Assembly: GCA_964510515.1 (NCBI GenBank)
Contig: CAZEAU010000008.1
Span: 5,379-69,378 of the forward strand
Reading direction: 5' to 3'
DNA from: an uncultured Actinomycetota bacterium
GTDB taxonomy: Bacteria > Actinomycetota > Geothermincolia > Geothermincolales > RBG-13-55-18
Length of the DNA stretch: 64,000 nucleotides
The notes below the pieces were generated by a model, which was given only the letters and a program-made list of their open reading frames with translations, made no database searches and was not told where the DNA came from. Shown here piece after piece: positions 28,532 to 38,458 of this stretch (position 1 is the first letter of the stretch; every line of letters starts with the position of its first letter). The position numbers and the translations under genes were made by a program.

Positions 28532-29518
28532 CTATTTGTTCGACCTGAAATCGATGGAGAAATCCAACCTTCTCAATGCCCGCGCCGCCGCCTGGCGCAC
28601 GTCTTTGTCCTCGTCCCTGGCGGCGCGCTGCAGCGGACCGACCGCCCTCTCGTCGCCTATCTTACCCAGGGACTTCGCCGCGCCCTGGCGCACGTACTTC
28701 TCGCTGTCGTCGAGAGCATCGATGAGAGCCTCCATGGATCTCTTGTCGCCGATCATGCCCAGCGCCTCCGTCGCTTTCCAGCGCACATCGAGCGTGTAAT
28801 CGTGCAGCGCCCTTATCAGCGGGGTCACGGCCCTGATATCCCTCAGCCTGCCGAGGGCTTCAGCGGCCCTCCAGCGGGCGCGCGGGCTGCCCGATTCCAG
28901 CGTCTTCAGAAGCGACAGCACCGCCGGCTCGCCGATCATCTCCAGGGCCTCCAGGGTCCCCTGCCTCACGCGCAGGCGGTCGTCGTCAAGGGCCGCGGTC
29001 AGCGCCTTCACGGCGGGCTTCCCCATCTGTATGAGGGCTTTGAGCGCGCGCTTGCGCACGCGCATGCGCGGGTCGTCCAGGGCCTCGGTGAGGGGCTTCG
29101 CCGCGGGCTCCCCCATATCGATCAACGCTTTCCTCGCGATCCAGCGCACGTTGCCGTCGTCATCCTTGAAGCATTCGATGAGGGAGTCGATGGCGCGGCC
29201 GTCCTTCATTCTCCCCAGCACCCCGGCCGCCTCCGCCCTGGCGTACTTGTTCTTCTCCACCTCCAGCATCCGCAAGAGAGGCTCCACGACCACTCCCCCC
29301 AAGGCCAGCAGGGCATCCGCCGCGTCCCATCTCACGCGGTCGTACTCGTCCCGCAGGCATGAGATGAGCAGCTCGACGGCCTGGCTTCCCCCGAGGTTCT
29401 GCAGGGACCTCACGGCAACCTGCCTGATGCCCGCGTCACCGGTCTCCAGCCTCTGTCTTATCTCGGCGAGCCTGGCCCGGTCGGCCTCGTCGTACGCGTC
29501 GTGCTGCGCCAATATCAT
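28532..29518 (-). CDS. HEAT-repeat (PBS-lyase type) protein
   Basis: About 10 tandem VRW.AA.ALG.IGD..AV.PLI.AL.D repeats. Confidence 0.8.
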   Translation of the reverse strand: MILAQHDAYDEADRARLAEIRQRLETGDAGIRQVAVRSLQNLGGSQAVELLISCLRDEYDRVRWDAADALLALGGVVVEPLLRMLEVEKNKYARAEAAGVLGRMKDGRAIDSLIECFKDDDGNVRWIARKALIDMGEPAAKPLTEALDDPRMRVRKRALKALIQMGKPAVKALTAALDDDRLRVRQGTLEALEMIGEPAVLSLLKTLESGSPRARWRAAEALGRLRDIRAVTPLIRALHDYTLDVRWKATEALGMIGDKRSMEALIDALDDSEKYVRQGAAKSLGKIGDERAVGPLQRAARDEDKDVRQAAARALRRLDFSIDFRSNK

Positions 29519-29785
29519 CGCCTCCCGCTGCTATTGTTCCCCCCAAGGGATACCCGCTTCGTCAACATCGGTCGATAAGTATAGCATACGCGAACGGGCA
29601 GCCTTATGAGCAACCCGAGGCGGCCTCTCGATCCCGCTCAACCGGCAGCGCCTGCCGCAACGCCACCGCATCAGGAGCGACGTGCGCGAGCGGGTTTTAG
29701 AGCGGCCGCCCGCCCGTAAACGGTCATTAAAATCTGCCGCCAGAAGGATTATGATATTGATGCCATTAACCTGGGAGGTGACCAC

Positions 29786-30235
29786 ATGCAAGACGGATTG
29801 GACGAGCTGCAGCACATGGTCGAGGAGGACATGCGCGGCGCGTACTCGCAGACGACCATAGACCACGCCATGAACCCGCGCAACATGGGCCGGCTCAATG
29901 ACGCCGACGGGTGGGCCAGGTACACCGGCCCCTGCGGCGACAGCATGGAGATCTGGATAAAGGTAAACGGGGAGAGCATCGTGGAGACCGGCTTCTTCAC
30001 CGACGGATGCGGAACCAGCATCGCGTCCGGGAGCATGGTCGCGGAACTGGCGAGGGGGAAGAGCATCGACGACGCCCTGGAGATAAGCCAAGGCGACGTC
30101 CTCGCAGCCCTGGACGGCCTGCCGGAGGAGAGCGAGCATTGCGCCCTGCTGGCGGCCACCACCCTCAAGCTGGCCATCGGCGACATCTTTGCCCGCCGCA
30201 GGGAGCCCTGGAAAAAGCAATACGAGCGGCACTAA
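29786..30235 (+). CDS. NifU/IscU-type Fe-S cluster scaffold
   Basis: GPCGDSMEIWIKV, TDGCGTSIASGS, SEHCALLAATTLKLAI: the three conserved Cys blocks. RBS GGGAGGTGA. Confidence 0.85.
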   Translation: MQDGLDELQHMVEEDMRGAYSQTTIDHAMNPRNMGRLNDADGWARYTGPCGDSMEIWIKVNGESIVETGFFTDGCGTSIASGSMVAELARGKSIDDALEISQGDVLAALDGLPEESEHCALLAATTLKLAIGDIFARRREPWKKQYERH

Positions 30236-30490
30236 CCCACCGTGGCCAGGGATGGCCGCGGTTGGCGGGGCGGCTTTCCGTGCCCCCTTGGCGCTGCTCA
30301 TCACCATGCCGCCGCCCCGGGGGAAACGCGCACGCGAAGCGCAGGATGCGGACCGGCACAGCCCCGGCCCTGGTCGACAGGCAAGAGGGTTCTGCAGGCA
30401 AAGCGGATGATAATCGTATCGCTGACCCCCCGAAGGCCCGCATATGGAGAAAGCAGGCCGGGACATGGCTTCCCGGCCTGCTTTTTCGGG

Positions 30491-30567
30491 TGGCACGCCC
30501 GGAGGGATTCGAACCCCCAACCTACAGATCCGTAGTCTGTCGCTCTATCCAATTGAGCTACGGGCGC
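30491..30567 (-). tRNA. tRNA-Arg (anticodon ACG)
   Basis: Acceptor GCGCCCG (G1-U72 wobble), D-arm GCTCAATTGGATAGAGC, anticodon loop CTACGGA, T-loop TTCGAAT, CCA encoded. Confidence 0.7.
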
Positions 30568-30608
30568 TTGCACTCATAATTCTATCACAGCGCTTGGCCG
30601 CTTTTTTT

Positions 30609-30703
30609 TGGCGGAAGGGGAGGGATTTGAACCCTCGAGGCGGCTTGTGACCGCCTACACGATTTCCAGTCGTGCTCCTTAGGCCAAACTCGGACACCCT
30701 TCC
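30609..30703 (-). tRNA. tRNA-Ser (anticodon GGA)
   Basis: Acceptor GGAAGGG, anticodon loop CTGGAAA, long variable arm, T-loop GGTTCAAATCC, CCA encoded. Confidence 0.8.
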
Positions 30704-30956
30704 ACGCATGACCGCGCCCGTCCCGGGCGCACGAATATTATACGGGCGCAGGCCTGCGCTTACCAGAGCCTCGGGTTCCGACGCGCACTCCCCCAGGCAT
30801 CGCCCCCCCTTCTCCGCATACCTCACCTTTCCCTATTGTAAGCCCGTTTGCAGGCGCGATAACCGCGCCCGCCCACCGGGCGCCTCCACGGAGCTTGTTG
30901 GCGGGCAAGCGGCGATGATATAAAGGGGAGTGAACCAGATACTAGAAAGCGAGGGC

Positions 30957-31919
30957 ATGTTGGCCGTAATCGGAATCGACCTGGGCGGGACCAAGACGGC
31001 GGGGCTCATACTCGACGGCGAGAGAGCCCTGCGCGGATACCGTATCTCCACGGACGCCTCCTCCCAGGAAAACGTGATGGAAGGCCTGCTCAAGGTCTGC
31101 TCCCGCCTGCGCGAGGACGCCATCCGCAGCGGAATCGCCATCGAGGCGGTGGGCCTGGGCATAGCCGGCTTCGTGGACTATGAGCGGGGGGTGGTTACCG
31201 AGGCCCCCAACCACCCCCTGCGCGAGGCGCGGGTGAGGGACATCCTGGAGGAGGACAGCGGCCTTCCCATCTTCGTGGACAACGACGCCAACACGGCCGC
31301 GCTGGCCGAGGCGCGCATGGGGGCGGGCCGGGGTGTGCGCTACCTGGTGCACCTCACCCTGGGGACGGGGATAGGCGGGGGGATAGTCATCGACGGAAGC
31401 ATCTACAGGGGGGCGCTGGGCGCGGCGGCGGAGCTGGGCCACATGATCATTCGCGAGGACGGCCCGGCCTGTAACTGCGGGGCGCGCGGATGCCTGGAGG
31501 CCCTGGTCTCGGGGGTGGCCATCTACCGCCGCGTGGAGGAGCTGGCCGCCCTGGGACACGCCTCTCCCCTGGTGTGGGATTTCCTCGCCGACCCCACGAC
31601 CTTCACCGCCGACTCCGTATGCCGGCATGCCGATGCGGGAGAAGGCCCGGCGGTGGAGATCCTGAGCGATGCGGGGTGGCACCTGGGGACGGGGATAGCG
31701 TCGCTGGTGAACATCTTCAACCCAGATGCGGTCACCTTGAGCGGCGGGCTCCTCGGCTGCATGCACCACATGGAGGAGGCCATGCGCGGCTCCTTCGCGG
31801 ACAACGCCATCGCCATCAGCCGCGACCACGTGCGCATCCTCACCGGAAACCTCGGGGACGACGGCGGCATGCTGGGGGCGGCCCTGCTGGCCCGCGAGGG
31901 CCTGGAGGCCGGCGCCTGA
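30957..31919 (+). CDS. ROK-family glucokinase
   Basis: MLAVIGIDLGGTKT N-terminal ATP motif. C-x-C-G-x-x-G-C-x-E zinc motif (CNCGARGCLE). Confidence 0.8.
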   Translation: MLAVIGIDLGGTKTAGLILDGERALRGYRISTDASSQENVMEGLLKVCSRLREDAIRSGIAIEAVGLGIAGFVDYERGVVTEAPNHPLREARVRDILEEDSGLPIFVDNDANTAALAEARMGAGRGVRYLVHLTLGTGIGGGIVIDGSIYRGALGAAAELGHMIIREDGPACNCGARGCLEALVSGVAIYRRVEELAALGHASPLVWDFLADPTTFTADSVCRHADAGEGPAVEILSDAGWHLGTGIASLVNIFNPDAVTLSGGLLGCMHHMEEAMRGSFADNAIAISRDHVRILTGNLGDDGGMLGAALLAREGLEAGA

Positions 31920-32048
31920 CCTGACCCGCGAACGCATGGGCTGGGACTCGCGTACTTGAATGCCGCCGGGAGCCGCTTGCTTGCAGGCGGCCCGGCCACT
32001 TGCCACCCCAGGCGCGAAGCCGGGCCCCGGGCCTGACCCCCGGGGGCT

Positions 32049-33179
32049 TCAGTCCTTCCTCGTGCGCAGGGAGAGGACGGCGAGGGAGAGGAAGAGGGCG
32101 GCCATGAGCGTGAGGGCCAGGAGGTCCAGCCATATCTTTCCCACCCCCCAGCCCTTGAGCATCACCGCGCGCGAGGCGTTCACCGCATAGGTGGGCGGCA
32201 CCAGGTAGGAGAGCGGCCGCAGCCACGCCGGTATGGCCTCGATAGGCCAGAATATCCCCGCCAGGAGGAAGGCCGGGAGAATGACGTAGGGCAGCACCTG
32301 TATGGCCTGCGCCTCGCGGCGGGCGGTGCTGGAGAGGAGTATGCCCAGCGCCTGGGAGACCACGGCCAGAAGGGCGATGACCGCGAAGGCGAGGAGCACG
32401 TTCCCCACCACGGCGACGTCGAAGACCAGCATGCCCACCAGCAGGAGGAGGACGGCCTGCCCCGTGCCGATGAGGCTGAAGGCGGCGGCGTAGCCGAGCA
32501 CGATGTCCCTCTCCCTGAGCCGCGTGGCCAGCATGCGCTGCAGGGTACCGGAGGTCCTCTCGCCCACGAAGGTGACCAGGGTGAGCAGGGTGGTGATCAT
32601 GTACACCGCGAAGGCCATGATGCCGGGGACGAAGAAGTCCATGAACTTGGCCCCCTCGCCGAAGACGGCCACGGCCTCCACGCTCACCGGCAGGCTCAGG
32701 CCCGCCCCCTCCATCGCCGCCAGCAACGCCTCGTTCACCGCCTTGCTCACAGCCTCGGAAACGTTGACGTTGCTCCTGTCCAGGAGCAGCTCGATGGAGG
32801 CGGGAGGGGCCCCGGGGCGGCCTTCCAGGCCCGCGAGCGCAGCGGCGGTGAGGCCGGGCGGGAAGACCACGGCGGCATAGGCCTGCCCGGCCTCCACCAT
32901 GGCCAGCGCCGCCTCCCGGTCGTCCGCGTACTCCAGCTCCATCACCTCCTCATCCAGGTTGGAGACGAGCGCGCGGGACAGCGCCGCGGGAGCCCCCGCA
33001 GCGCCCTCGTCCAGGTCCACCACCGCCACTTTCACGTCCCTCACCTCGCCGCTGAAGGCCAGCCCGAAGACGAACATGACGAAGATGGGGGCGAGGACGA
33101 TGAGAGCCAGGGAGCGCTTGTCGTTCTTGAGGTCCATGAAAACCCGCCTGGTGACGGTGAGGAAGCGGAGCCCGCTCAT
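32049..33179 (-). CDS. ABC-2 type exporter permease
   Basis: 6 TM ABC-2 architecture. ATG overlaps the ATPase stop (ATGA). Confidence 0.8.
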   Translation of the reverse strand: MSGLRFLTVTRRVFMDLKNDKRSLALIVLAPIFVMFVFGLAFSGEVRDVKVAVVDLDEGAAGAPAALSRALVSNLDEEVMELEYADDREAALAMVEAGQAYAAVVFPPGLTAAALAGLEGRPGAPPASIELLLDRSNVNVSEAVSKAVNEALLAAMEGAGLSLPVSVEAVAVFGEGAKFMDFFVPGIMAFAVYMITTLLTLVTFVGERTSGTLQRMLATRLRERDIVLGYAAAFSLIGTGQAVLLLLVGMLVFDVAVVGNVLLAFAVIALLAVVSQALGILLSSTARREAQAIQVLPYVILPAFLLAGIFWPIEAIPAWLRPLSYLVPPTYAVNASRAVMLKGWGVGKIWLDLLALTLMAALFLSLAVLSLRTRKD

Positions 33180-33925
33180 CTCTCCTCCCCTCGCCCGCCA
33201 GCGACGAAGCTCATGAAGGCGTCCTCCAGGCTGGCGCTCCCGCTCATGGCCAGGAGCTCCCGCGGCCTGCCCTCGGCCAGGAGCCGCCCCTCGTGCATGA
33301 ACCCGATGCGGTCGCAGCGCCCCGCCTCGTCCATGTAATGGGTGGTGATGACGATGGTCCTCCCGTGCCCCTTGATCTCGTTGAAGTAGTCCCAGAAGGA
33401 GACCCGCAGCTCGGGGTCCACGCCCACGGTGGGCTCGTCCAGCAGCAGGAGGGCGGGCCTGTGCACCAGCGCGCAGGCCAGGGAAACACGGTGCTTCATG
33501 CCGCCGCTGAGCTTGCCCACCATCTCGTCGCGCCACTGCGCCAGCCCGATGAAGTCGAGCAGGGTCTTTTCTCTCTCCTCCACCTCGCGCCGGGAGAGCC
33601 CGAATATGGCGGCGAAAAAGGCCAGGTTCTGATGCACGCTGAGGCCGGGGTAGAGCGCGGTCTCCTGGGGCATGTATCCAATCTCCGCGGCGGTGCGCTC
33701 GTCGGGCACGCGCCTGCCGCCCACCCGGGCCTCGCCGCCGTTTATCTTGAGCAGCCCGCAGAGCATCTTGATGGTGGTGGTCTTGCCGGCCCCATTCGGG
33801 CCCAACAGGCCGTAGATCTCGCCCTTCCTCACGCGCAGGTCCAAGCCGTCCACGGCGGTGAAATCGCCGTAGCGCTTGACCAGGCCGCGCGTCTCCACCA
33901 TGAGAGCCGGTTCGTTTTCGACCAT
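33176..33925 (-). CDS. ABC transporter ATP-binding protein
   Basis: Walker A GPNGAGKTT, signature LSGGMKHR, Walker B LLLLDEP. Confidence 0.9.
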   Translation of the reverse strand: MVENEPALMVETRGLVKRYGDFTAVDGLDLRVRKGEIYGLLGPNGAGKTTTIKMLCGLLKINGGEARVGGRRVPDERTAAEIGYMPQETALYPGLSVHQNLAFFAAIFGLSRREVEEREKTLLDFIGLAQWRDEMVGKLSGGMKHRVSLACALVHRPALLLLDEPTVGVDPELRVSFWDYFNEIKGHGRTIVITTHYMDEAGRCDRIGFMHEGRLLAEGRPRELLAMSGSASLEDAFMSFVAGGRGEER

Positions 33926-33965
33926 GGGGTTATGCCTCCTTTTTCGCCGGCTCCATGCGGGGCAA

Positions 33966-34580
33966 CTAGATGCCCAGCCCCTCCTCGATCGCCTCGACCT
34001 CTTCCTCCCCGAAGGGCTCGATGGTCCCCCGGCCCCCGCGATGGTAGAGGGCCTCGGCCAGCAGCGCCATGGGGACGAGGGCGGCTATCGTCAGCCCCAG
34101 CCGCAACAGCATGAACTTCCAGCCAAGGAACTGCAGTTCCATCAGCTCCTGGGGCAGCTTGATGCAGGCCCAGGCGGAAAGGAAGAGGATGACGTTGGCC
34201 ACCCTGGCGCCCTTCTTCAGCAGCATAGCCGCCAGGGGAAAGGCGATGTAAAGGGGGCCGGTGGGCAGCGCTCCCAGCACCATCGCCAGGAAGAGGCCTC
34301 CGGCACCCGAGCCCTTGCCCAGGTATTTCACCACTATATTGCGGTCGACCCAGATGGCGAAAAGGCCCATGAGGACCATCAGGGCGGGAAGGACGAAGAC
34401 CATCTCCTTGAAGAACTCCCAGGAGGACTGCAGAGCCCGCTCGCCTTTGTCCGGGAAGATGAGGGACAGGCCGTAGAGCGCCACCGCGGAGGCGGCGAGG
34501 GCGACCAGGTCCCATTTTATCCGCTTGCGCAAGGAGGACTTTGTCTCCGTCCCGTTTGCGATCCCTTCGTTCTTCTTCAT
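33966..34580 (-). CDS. Predicted permease, second half of a split two-gene permease (PF03773/DUF318-like)
   Basis: Four or five TM helices. Paralogous to the adjacent upstream ORF. The pair lies downstream of PadR. Confidence 0.5.
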   Translation of the reverse strand: MKKNEGIANGTETKSSLRKRIKWDLVALAASAVALYGLSLIFPDKGERALQSSWEFFKEMVFVLPALMVLMGLFAIWVDRNIVVKYLGKGSGAGGLFLAMVLGALPTGPLYIAFPLAAMLLKKGARVANVILFLSAWACIKLPQELMELQFLGWKFMLLRLGLTIAALVPMALLAEALYHRGGRGTIEPFGEEEVEAIEEGLGI

Positions 34581-34605
34581 CTTCGAGCACCTCCGTCCTC
34601 GCCCA

Positions 34606-35091
34606 TCAACCCAGCACCAGGCCCATGATGACGGCGACAATGAGGGCCGCGGCGAAGCTGAGGCCGTTGCGGAGAAATGCGAAGCGTTTGCCCAGCTCCT
34701 TTATCTCGATGGGCAGGAAAACCAACCCGATCATGGTCAGGGTGGTGATGAAGGCGGCCATGGCCATCACCCCGGCCCCCATGTCCAGCAGGGATTTCGC
34801 CAGCGGGAAGGCGATGAGCGCCGGAATGAAGAGGACGGAGCCGAGCAATGAGGCGATGAGCAGGCCGGCGACGCCGCTCTCCCCCCCGATGATCGTGGCT
34901 ATCCACCTGGGTGGGATGAATCCCACGATGAGGCCGATGAGCGCGACCACCGCCAGCACGCTGGGGACCATCCTCTTCGTCGCGTTCCACGCGATGAGCA
35001 GGGCGCTCTTGGTCTTTCCCCTGTCCTTGGCGAGCGACAGCGTGAGACACACCACGACAAACGCGTTGATAACGATGGCGGTAAGCGACAT
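34606..35091 (-). CDS. Predicted permease, first half of split permease
   Basis: Four or five TM helices. Similar topology and sequence pattern to 33966-34580. Confidence 0.5.
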   Translation of the reverse strand: MSLTAIVINAFVVVCLTLSLAKDRGKTKSALLIAWNATKRMVPSVLAVVALIGLIVGFIPPRWIATIIGGESGVAGLLIASLLGSVLFIPALIAFPLAKSLLDMGAGVMAMAAFITTLTMIGLVFLPIEIKELGKRFAFLRNGLSFAAALIVAVIMGLVLG

Positions 35092-35096
35092 CGCCC

Positions 35097-35510
35097 TCAC
35101 CCCGCTTTCTCGCACAGGGCGATGAAGCCGTTGAGCATCTTCACCCTCTCCTTGAAGGCCTCCACCCAGGCGGCCAGCCTGGCCTCGCCCTGCGCGGTGA
35201 GGCGATAGACGCGCTTGGGGGGGCCCGCCTCGCCGTGCTCCCACTCCGAGCGCACCAGGCCGCCCCTCTCCAGCTCGCGCAGCATGCGGTAAACGGAGGC
35301 GGAGTCGGGCATGGGCCCGGGGAAAGGCAGGTTGCCGATATCCTCCGTGAGCTGATAGCCGTAACCGGGGCGCAGCTTGATGAGGTAGAGAAGCCGCGGC
35401 TCGAGGAATCTCTTGCGGGGCCCCTCGCGCACGAAACGCTCGTGGTCCAGGGTCTTCTCGACGCCTTGCGGCCTCCGGGCCTCCCGTCCCTTAGCCCTCG
35501 CCATGGTCAC
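35097..35510 (-). CDS. PadR-family transcriptional regulator
   Basis: LLYLIKLRPGYGYQLTEDIG .. SVYRMLRELERGGLV winged-helix signature. Confidence 0.8.
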   Translation of the reverse strand: MTMARAKGREARRPQGVEKTLDHERFVREGPRKRFLEPRLLYLIKLRPGYGYQLTEDIGNLPFPGPMPDSASVYRMLRELERGGLVRSEWEHGEAGPPKRVYRLTAQGEARLAAWVEAFKERVKMLNGFIALCEKAG

Positions 35511-35729
35511 CCTCCGCCTCTCCGTGCCTATATGCCATCATACATATAAGTGTAGTTTACATATAGATGGGCGTCAAGCGCCATTTCTCGGTCGTTGCTG
35601 TCCAGAAAAACAGGCGCCCCATCCCGAAGAAACCCCGGCACGCCATATCGGCTTAGCCCGCCCGGGCGGCGGGTCGCCGCATGGCAGCGCGCGGCCAGAG
35701 CTCGAGTCCTGCGGCCTGACCGCCGGGGT

Positions 35730-36398
35730 TCAGGCGAGCGGGTTTCCGCATTCGCCGCAGAAGCGGGACCCCTCCTGCGAGACCGCGCCGCATTTCTCGC
35801 AGATGATGAGCTTCAGGGGGGCGCCGCAGTTGTTGCAGAACTTCTCGTCCCCGACCGGCTTCTCGCACCTGGGGCACAGGGTCTGCTTGCTCTCGATTTC
35901 GCCGCTGAAGACCTGCGTGCCCTCCGCCTTCGCCCTGATGTCCGCCACCATCTTTTCCGAGCGCGCCGCCGCCACCTCGGAGGCCAGGCGCGGAGCGCAT
36001 TCCACGCACAGCCCCTCCTGCTCGTTCCAGTCGTTCAGGCAAACCCACTTCGTGCAGCGGGGGCAGCGCTTGAAGTGCCCCTTGCTCTCGTTCATGGCCA
36101 GCTCGAAGGCGGCGTCGTGCTCCTTATGCCACTCCGGCGACATGCCCCGATAGCGCTCGCTCACCGCGTCGAGCCCGCGGCTGGCGCCGTAACCCAGTCT
36201 GTAGCCCCTGCCGGTGATGGAGGAGGCCACGTCGATAACCCCGCCTAGCTTGCGGAAGAGGCTGCCCTTCTTGTAGGTCTTGGACTCTATGAACCTGGTC
36301 TTGTACCCCTCCTGACAGAGGTCGCAGTAGAAGACGAACTGAAAGCCCGCCTCCGTGCTGCTGTCGTCGAAGTTGTCGGTAAAAGCCTGCAAGGCCAT
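35730..36398 (-). CDS. Zinc-ribbon domain protein (222 aa)
   Basis: Contains CDLC, CPRC..C..C, CPRC..C.NC and C.KC..C..C pairs (double zinc ribbons). No enzymatic motif. Confidence 0.55.
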   Translation of the reverse strand: MALQAFTDNFDDSSTEAGFQFVFYCDLCQEGYKTRFIESKTYKKGSLFRKLGGVIDVASSITGRGYRLGYGASRGLDAVSERYRGMSPEWHKEHDAAFELAMNESKGHFKRCPRCTKWVCLNDWNEQEGLCVECAPRLASEVAAARSEKMVADIRAKAEGTQVFSGEIESKQTLCPRCEKPVGDEKFCNNCGAPLKLIICEKCGAVSQEGSRFCGECGNPLA

Positions 36399-36414
36399 CT
36401 CCGTCCCTCCCGTC

Positions 36415-36744
36415 TCATCTCATCGCTTTTCCGCACTTCACACAGGTATCCCCCAGCGGCGGCTGCTCGGCCCGGCACTTGCGATGGGGGCAAAAGACCG
36501 TCAGGCGGGCATCGCACGCCTGGCAATAGTCCCCGAAAAAGGTCTCCGCGCCGCAATGCGGGCAGGATATCCTGAGCGCGAGGCCGCAGTTGCCGCACGC
36601 CGCCCAGCCATCCTGCACGGGGCTCCTGCACTTGGGGCAGCGCGGCGAGCCCAGCGGGTTCACCCTCCCGCAAAGCGGGCAGACATGCGAGCCCTGGGAG
36701 ACCAGTCCGTCGCAATAGCGGCACGGCTGCTTGTATCCCGGCAT
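36415..36744 (-). CDS. Multi-zinc-ribbon protein (109 aa, about 8 CxxC pairs)
   Basis: CRYC, CPLC, CPKC, CGNC, CPHC, CQAC, CPHRKC, CVKC. ATG 36744; the ORF-track start further upstream falls in a low-complexity Arg stretch. Confidence 0.55.
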   Translation of the reverse strand: MPGYKQPCRYCDGLVSQGSHVCPLCGRVNPLGSPRCPKCRSPVQDGWAACGNCGLALRISCPHCGAETFFGDYCQACDARLTVFCPHRKCRAEQPPLGDTCVKCGKAMR

Positions 36745-36802
36745 CTCTCTCCCTCCTCGGCCCTGCCGTCCGGTCCGCCGGCGCGGGCGCTTCCCGCGGC
36801 CG

Positions 36803-38134
36803 CTAATCCGGCGGCGCCTCCTCCTCCTCGTCCGGCGCGGCCTCCCCGCCGCGCCACCTCTCGGCGTCATCTCTCGCGTCCACATTGAAGCGCAAGAGGT
36901 CCTCCACGTCCCTCCTCCACTGCTCGGGGGAGGAATGGAACACCCGGCCGATGAAGAGGTCCCTCAACATCCTCAGCTCCGGCAGCCGCCGCAGCGCATG
37001 GCGGTAGCGCGCGTATCTCGGCTCGCGCAGCCTCTCCTCCTCCAGGTATATGGGCTCGCGGCGGAAATTCACCGCCTGCAGGCAGTCGTTCAGCGCAGAC
37101 GCCAGCTCGTCCGCGCGCCGGTCCAGCGCCTCCATGTCGCGGGCCTCCCGGTACTCCTCGCGCCCCAGCAACCTGAAGAAATAGGTGGCCCTGCCGCCGC
37201 CGCGGGAGGACGCCGCCTCCATGGCCAGCGCGTTGCCCGGGAGCCGCGGGTCGCTCGCGTAAATGGGGGCCAGGAACCACAGGTACTCCGCGGTCAGCTC
37301 GCCCATGAGGCCGCGCTTGATGCCGATGCGCATCCCGCCCTCGCGGGCCATGGCCTTGAGTTGCTCGTACTCGTCCTTGAGCCCGACCAGCTCCAGCCTC
37401 GACTCCAGCTCCTCCCAGAGACCGGGCAATTCGCCCTCCAGGTCGCCCACGCGGACGGCCCTCCCCTCCCGCATCAAGCGGGACGCCCTCGCCAGGGTGG
37501 ATATGCCGGCCTCCGGCGCGAGTTCCTTGAGCAGGACCTGCGTCCTGAGCTCCATCTCCCGCAGGCGCTCCCCGAGGGCCTTGACGAAGGGCTCGAACTC
37601 CCTCCCCAGCATGGAGAGGACGACCCCGCCCCCCGCCTCGTCCAGTATCTCTATGGCGTAGTCGGCCTCGCGCACCTCGGCCATGTTCCCGTAAGGGAGC
37701 CGCAGCGGGTCGCCCGCCCCCGGCAGCAGCACCAAGGTCGTCTCGTACAGCCTGAGCTCCGCCTCCCCGCTCTCCTCGGCGCCGTCCCGTGCTCGCAGGG
37801 AGTAGCGGGCCGCGACCCCCTGCCTCAACGGCCTCTCCTGCACCAGCATGTCCGCAAGGATGAGCTCGCCGCGCCTGCGGGCCAGCTGGCGCACGAAATC
37901 CTCGTAATCCCTTCCCAGGCGGGACAGGCGCAGCTCCTCCCCCGAAGCCAGACGCAGGACGAGCGCGTAATCGGCCGCGCGGAGCCCGACGATATCGCGG
38001 TACGAGACATGCAGGGCGGTGCCCCCCTCGGGCATTATGGATATGCTGTCCTCGCCCAGCCTCGCCCCGGCATCGCCGGCGGCGGCGAGGTCGCCGTCCG
38101 CGCCCTTGAGTTCGTAGCTGGCCCTGGCCTCCAT
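36803..38134 (-). CDS. Hypothetical protein, 443 aa, internal tandem domain duplication, acidic C-terminus
   Basis: Two about 90-aa repeats (YRDIVGLRAADYALVLRLASGEELRLSRLGRDYEDFVRQLARRR and YGNMAEVREADYAIEILDEAGGGVVLSMLGREFEPFVKALGERLREM). First gene of a three-gene operon. Confidence 0.5.
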   Translation of the reverse strand: MEARASYELKGADGDLAAAGDAGARLGEDSISIMPEGGTALHVSYRDIVGLRAADYALVLRLASGEELRLSRLGRDYEDFVRQLARRRGELILADMLVQERPLRQGVAARYSLRARDGAEESGEAELRLYETTLVLLPGAGDPLRLPYGNMAEVREADYAIEILDEAGGGVVLSMLGREFEPFVKALGERLREMELRTQVLLKELAPEAGISTLARASRLMREGRAVRVGDLEGELPGLWEELESRLELVGLKDEYEQLKAMAREGGMRIGIKRGLMGELTAEYLWFLAPIYASDPRLPGNALAMEAASSRGGGRATYFFRLLGREEYREARDMEALDRRADELASALNDCLQAVNFRREPIYLEEERLREPRYARYRHALRRLPELRMLRDLFIGRVFHSSPEQWRRDVEDLLRFNVDARDDAERWRGGEAAPDEEEEAPPD

Positions 38135-38213
38135 CCTCCATCCTCTCCGCCGCCCGGGCAGGCGGCCGTTTTTCCCATCCTAGCATAAGCGACGCGCCGC
38201 TTGCCGCCCCCCC

Positions 38214-38260
38214 GTAACTCTATATAGTAACTCTATATATATTGATATTATATTGATATA
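38214..38260. promoter_or_regulatory. AT-rich tandem repeats in divergent promoter region
   Basis: GTAACTCTATATA occurs twice perfectly in tandem (38214-38239), then TATTGATAT twice (38240-38259). A sharp AT island in a GC-rich background. Confidence 0.4.
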
Positions 38261-38458
38261 TCCCTGGGCAGACGCGCGGCGGGGAGGGGATTCCCGTTTA
38301 GCAAGCGGCAGCCGTGGGAATCAAAGTAGAGTGCCCCCGGCGGGGCGGAGAGACCGGATGCGCCCGCGGATGAGGGCGCACGCCCCCGTCCCATGCCGCA
38401 GCGCGCGAAGGTAAAGATAAGAGGGCGGCAGGCCCGTGAAAAGCGAGGAGGCAAGGCC

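Noticed and set aside
36731-38188. 485-aa plus-strand and 439-aa minus-strand alternative-frame ORFs over the 443-aa hypothetical gene
   Set aside because: The chosen frame (36803-38134, minus) has balanced composition and an internal domain repeat. The others are Arg/Gly/Pro-rich.
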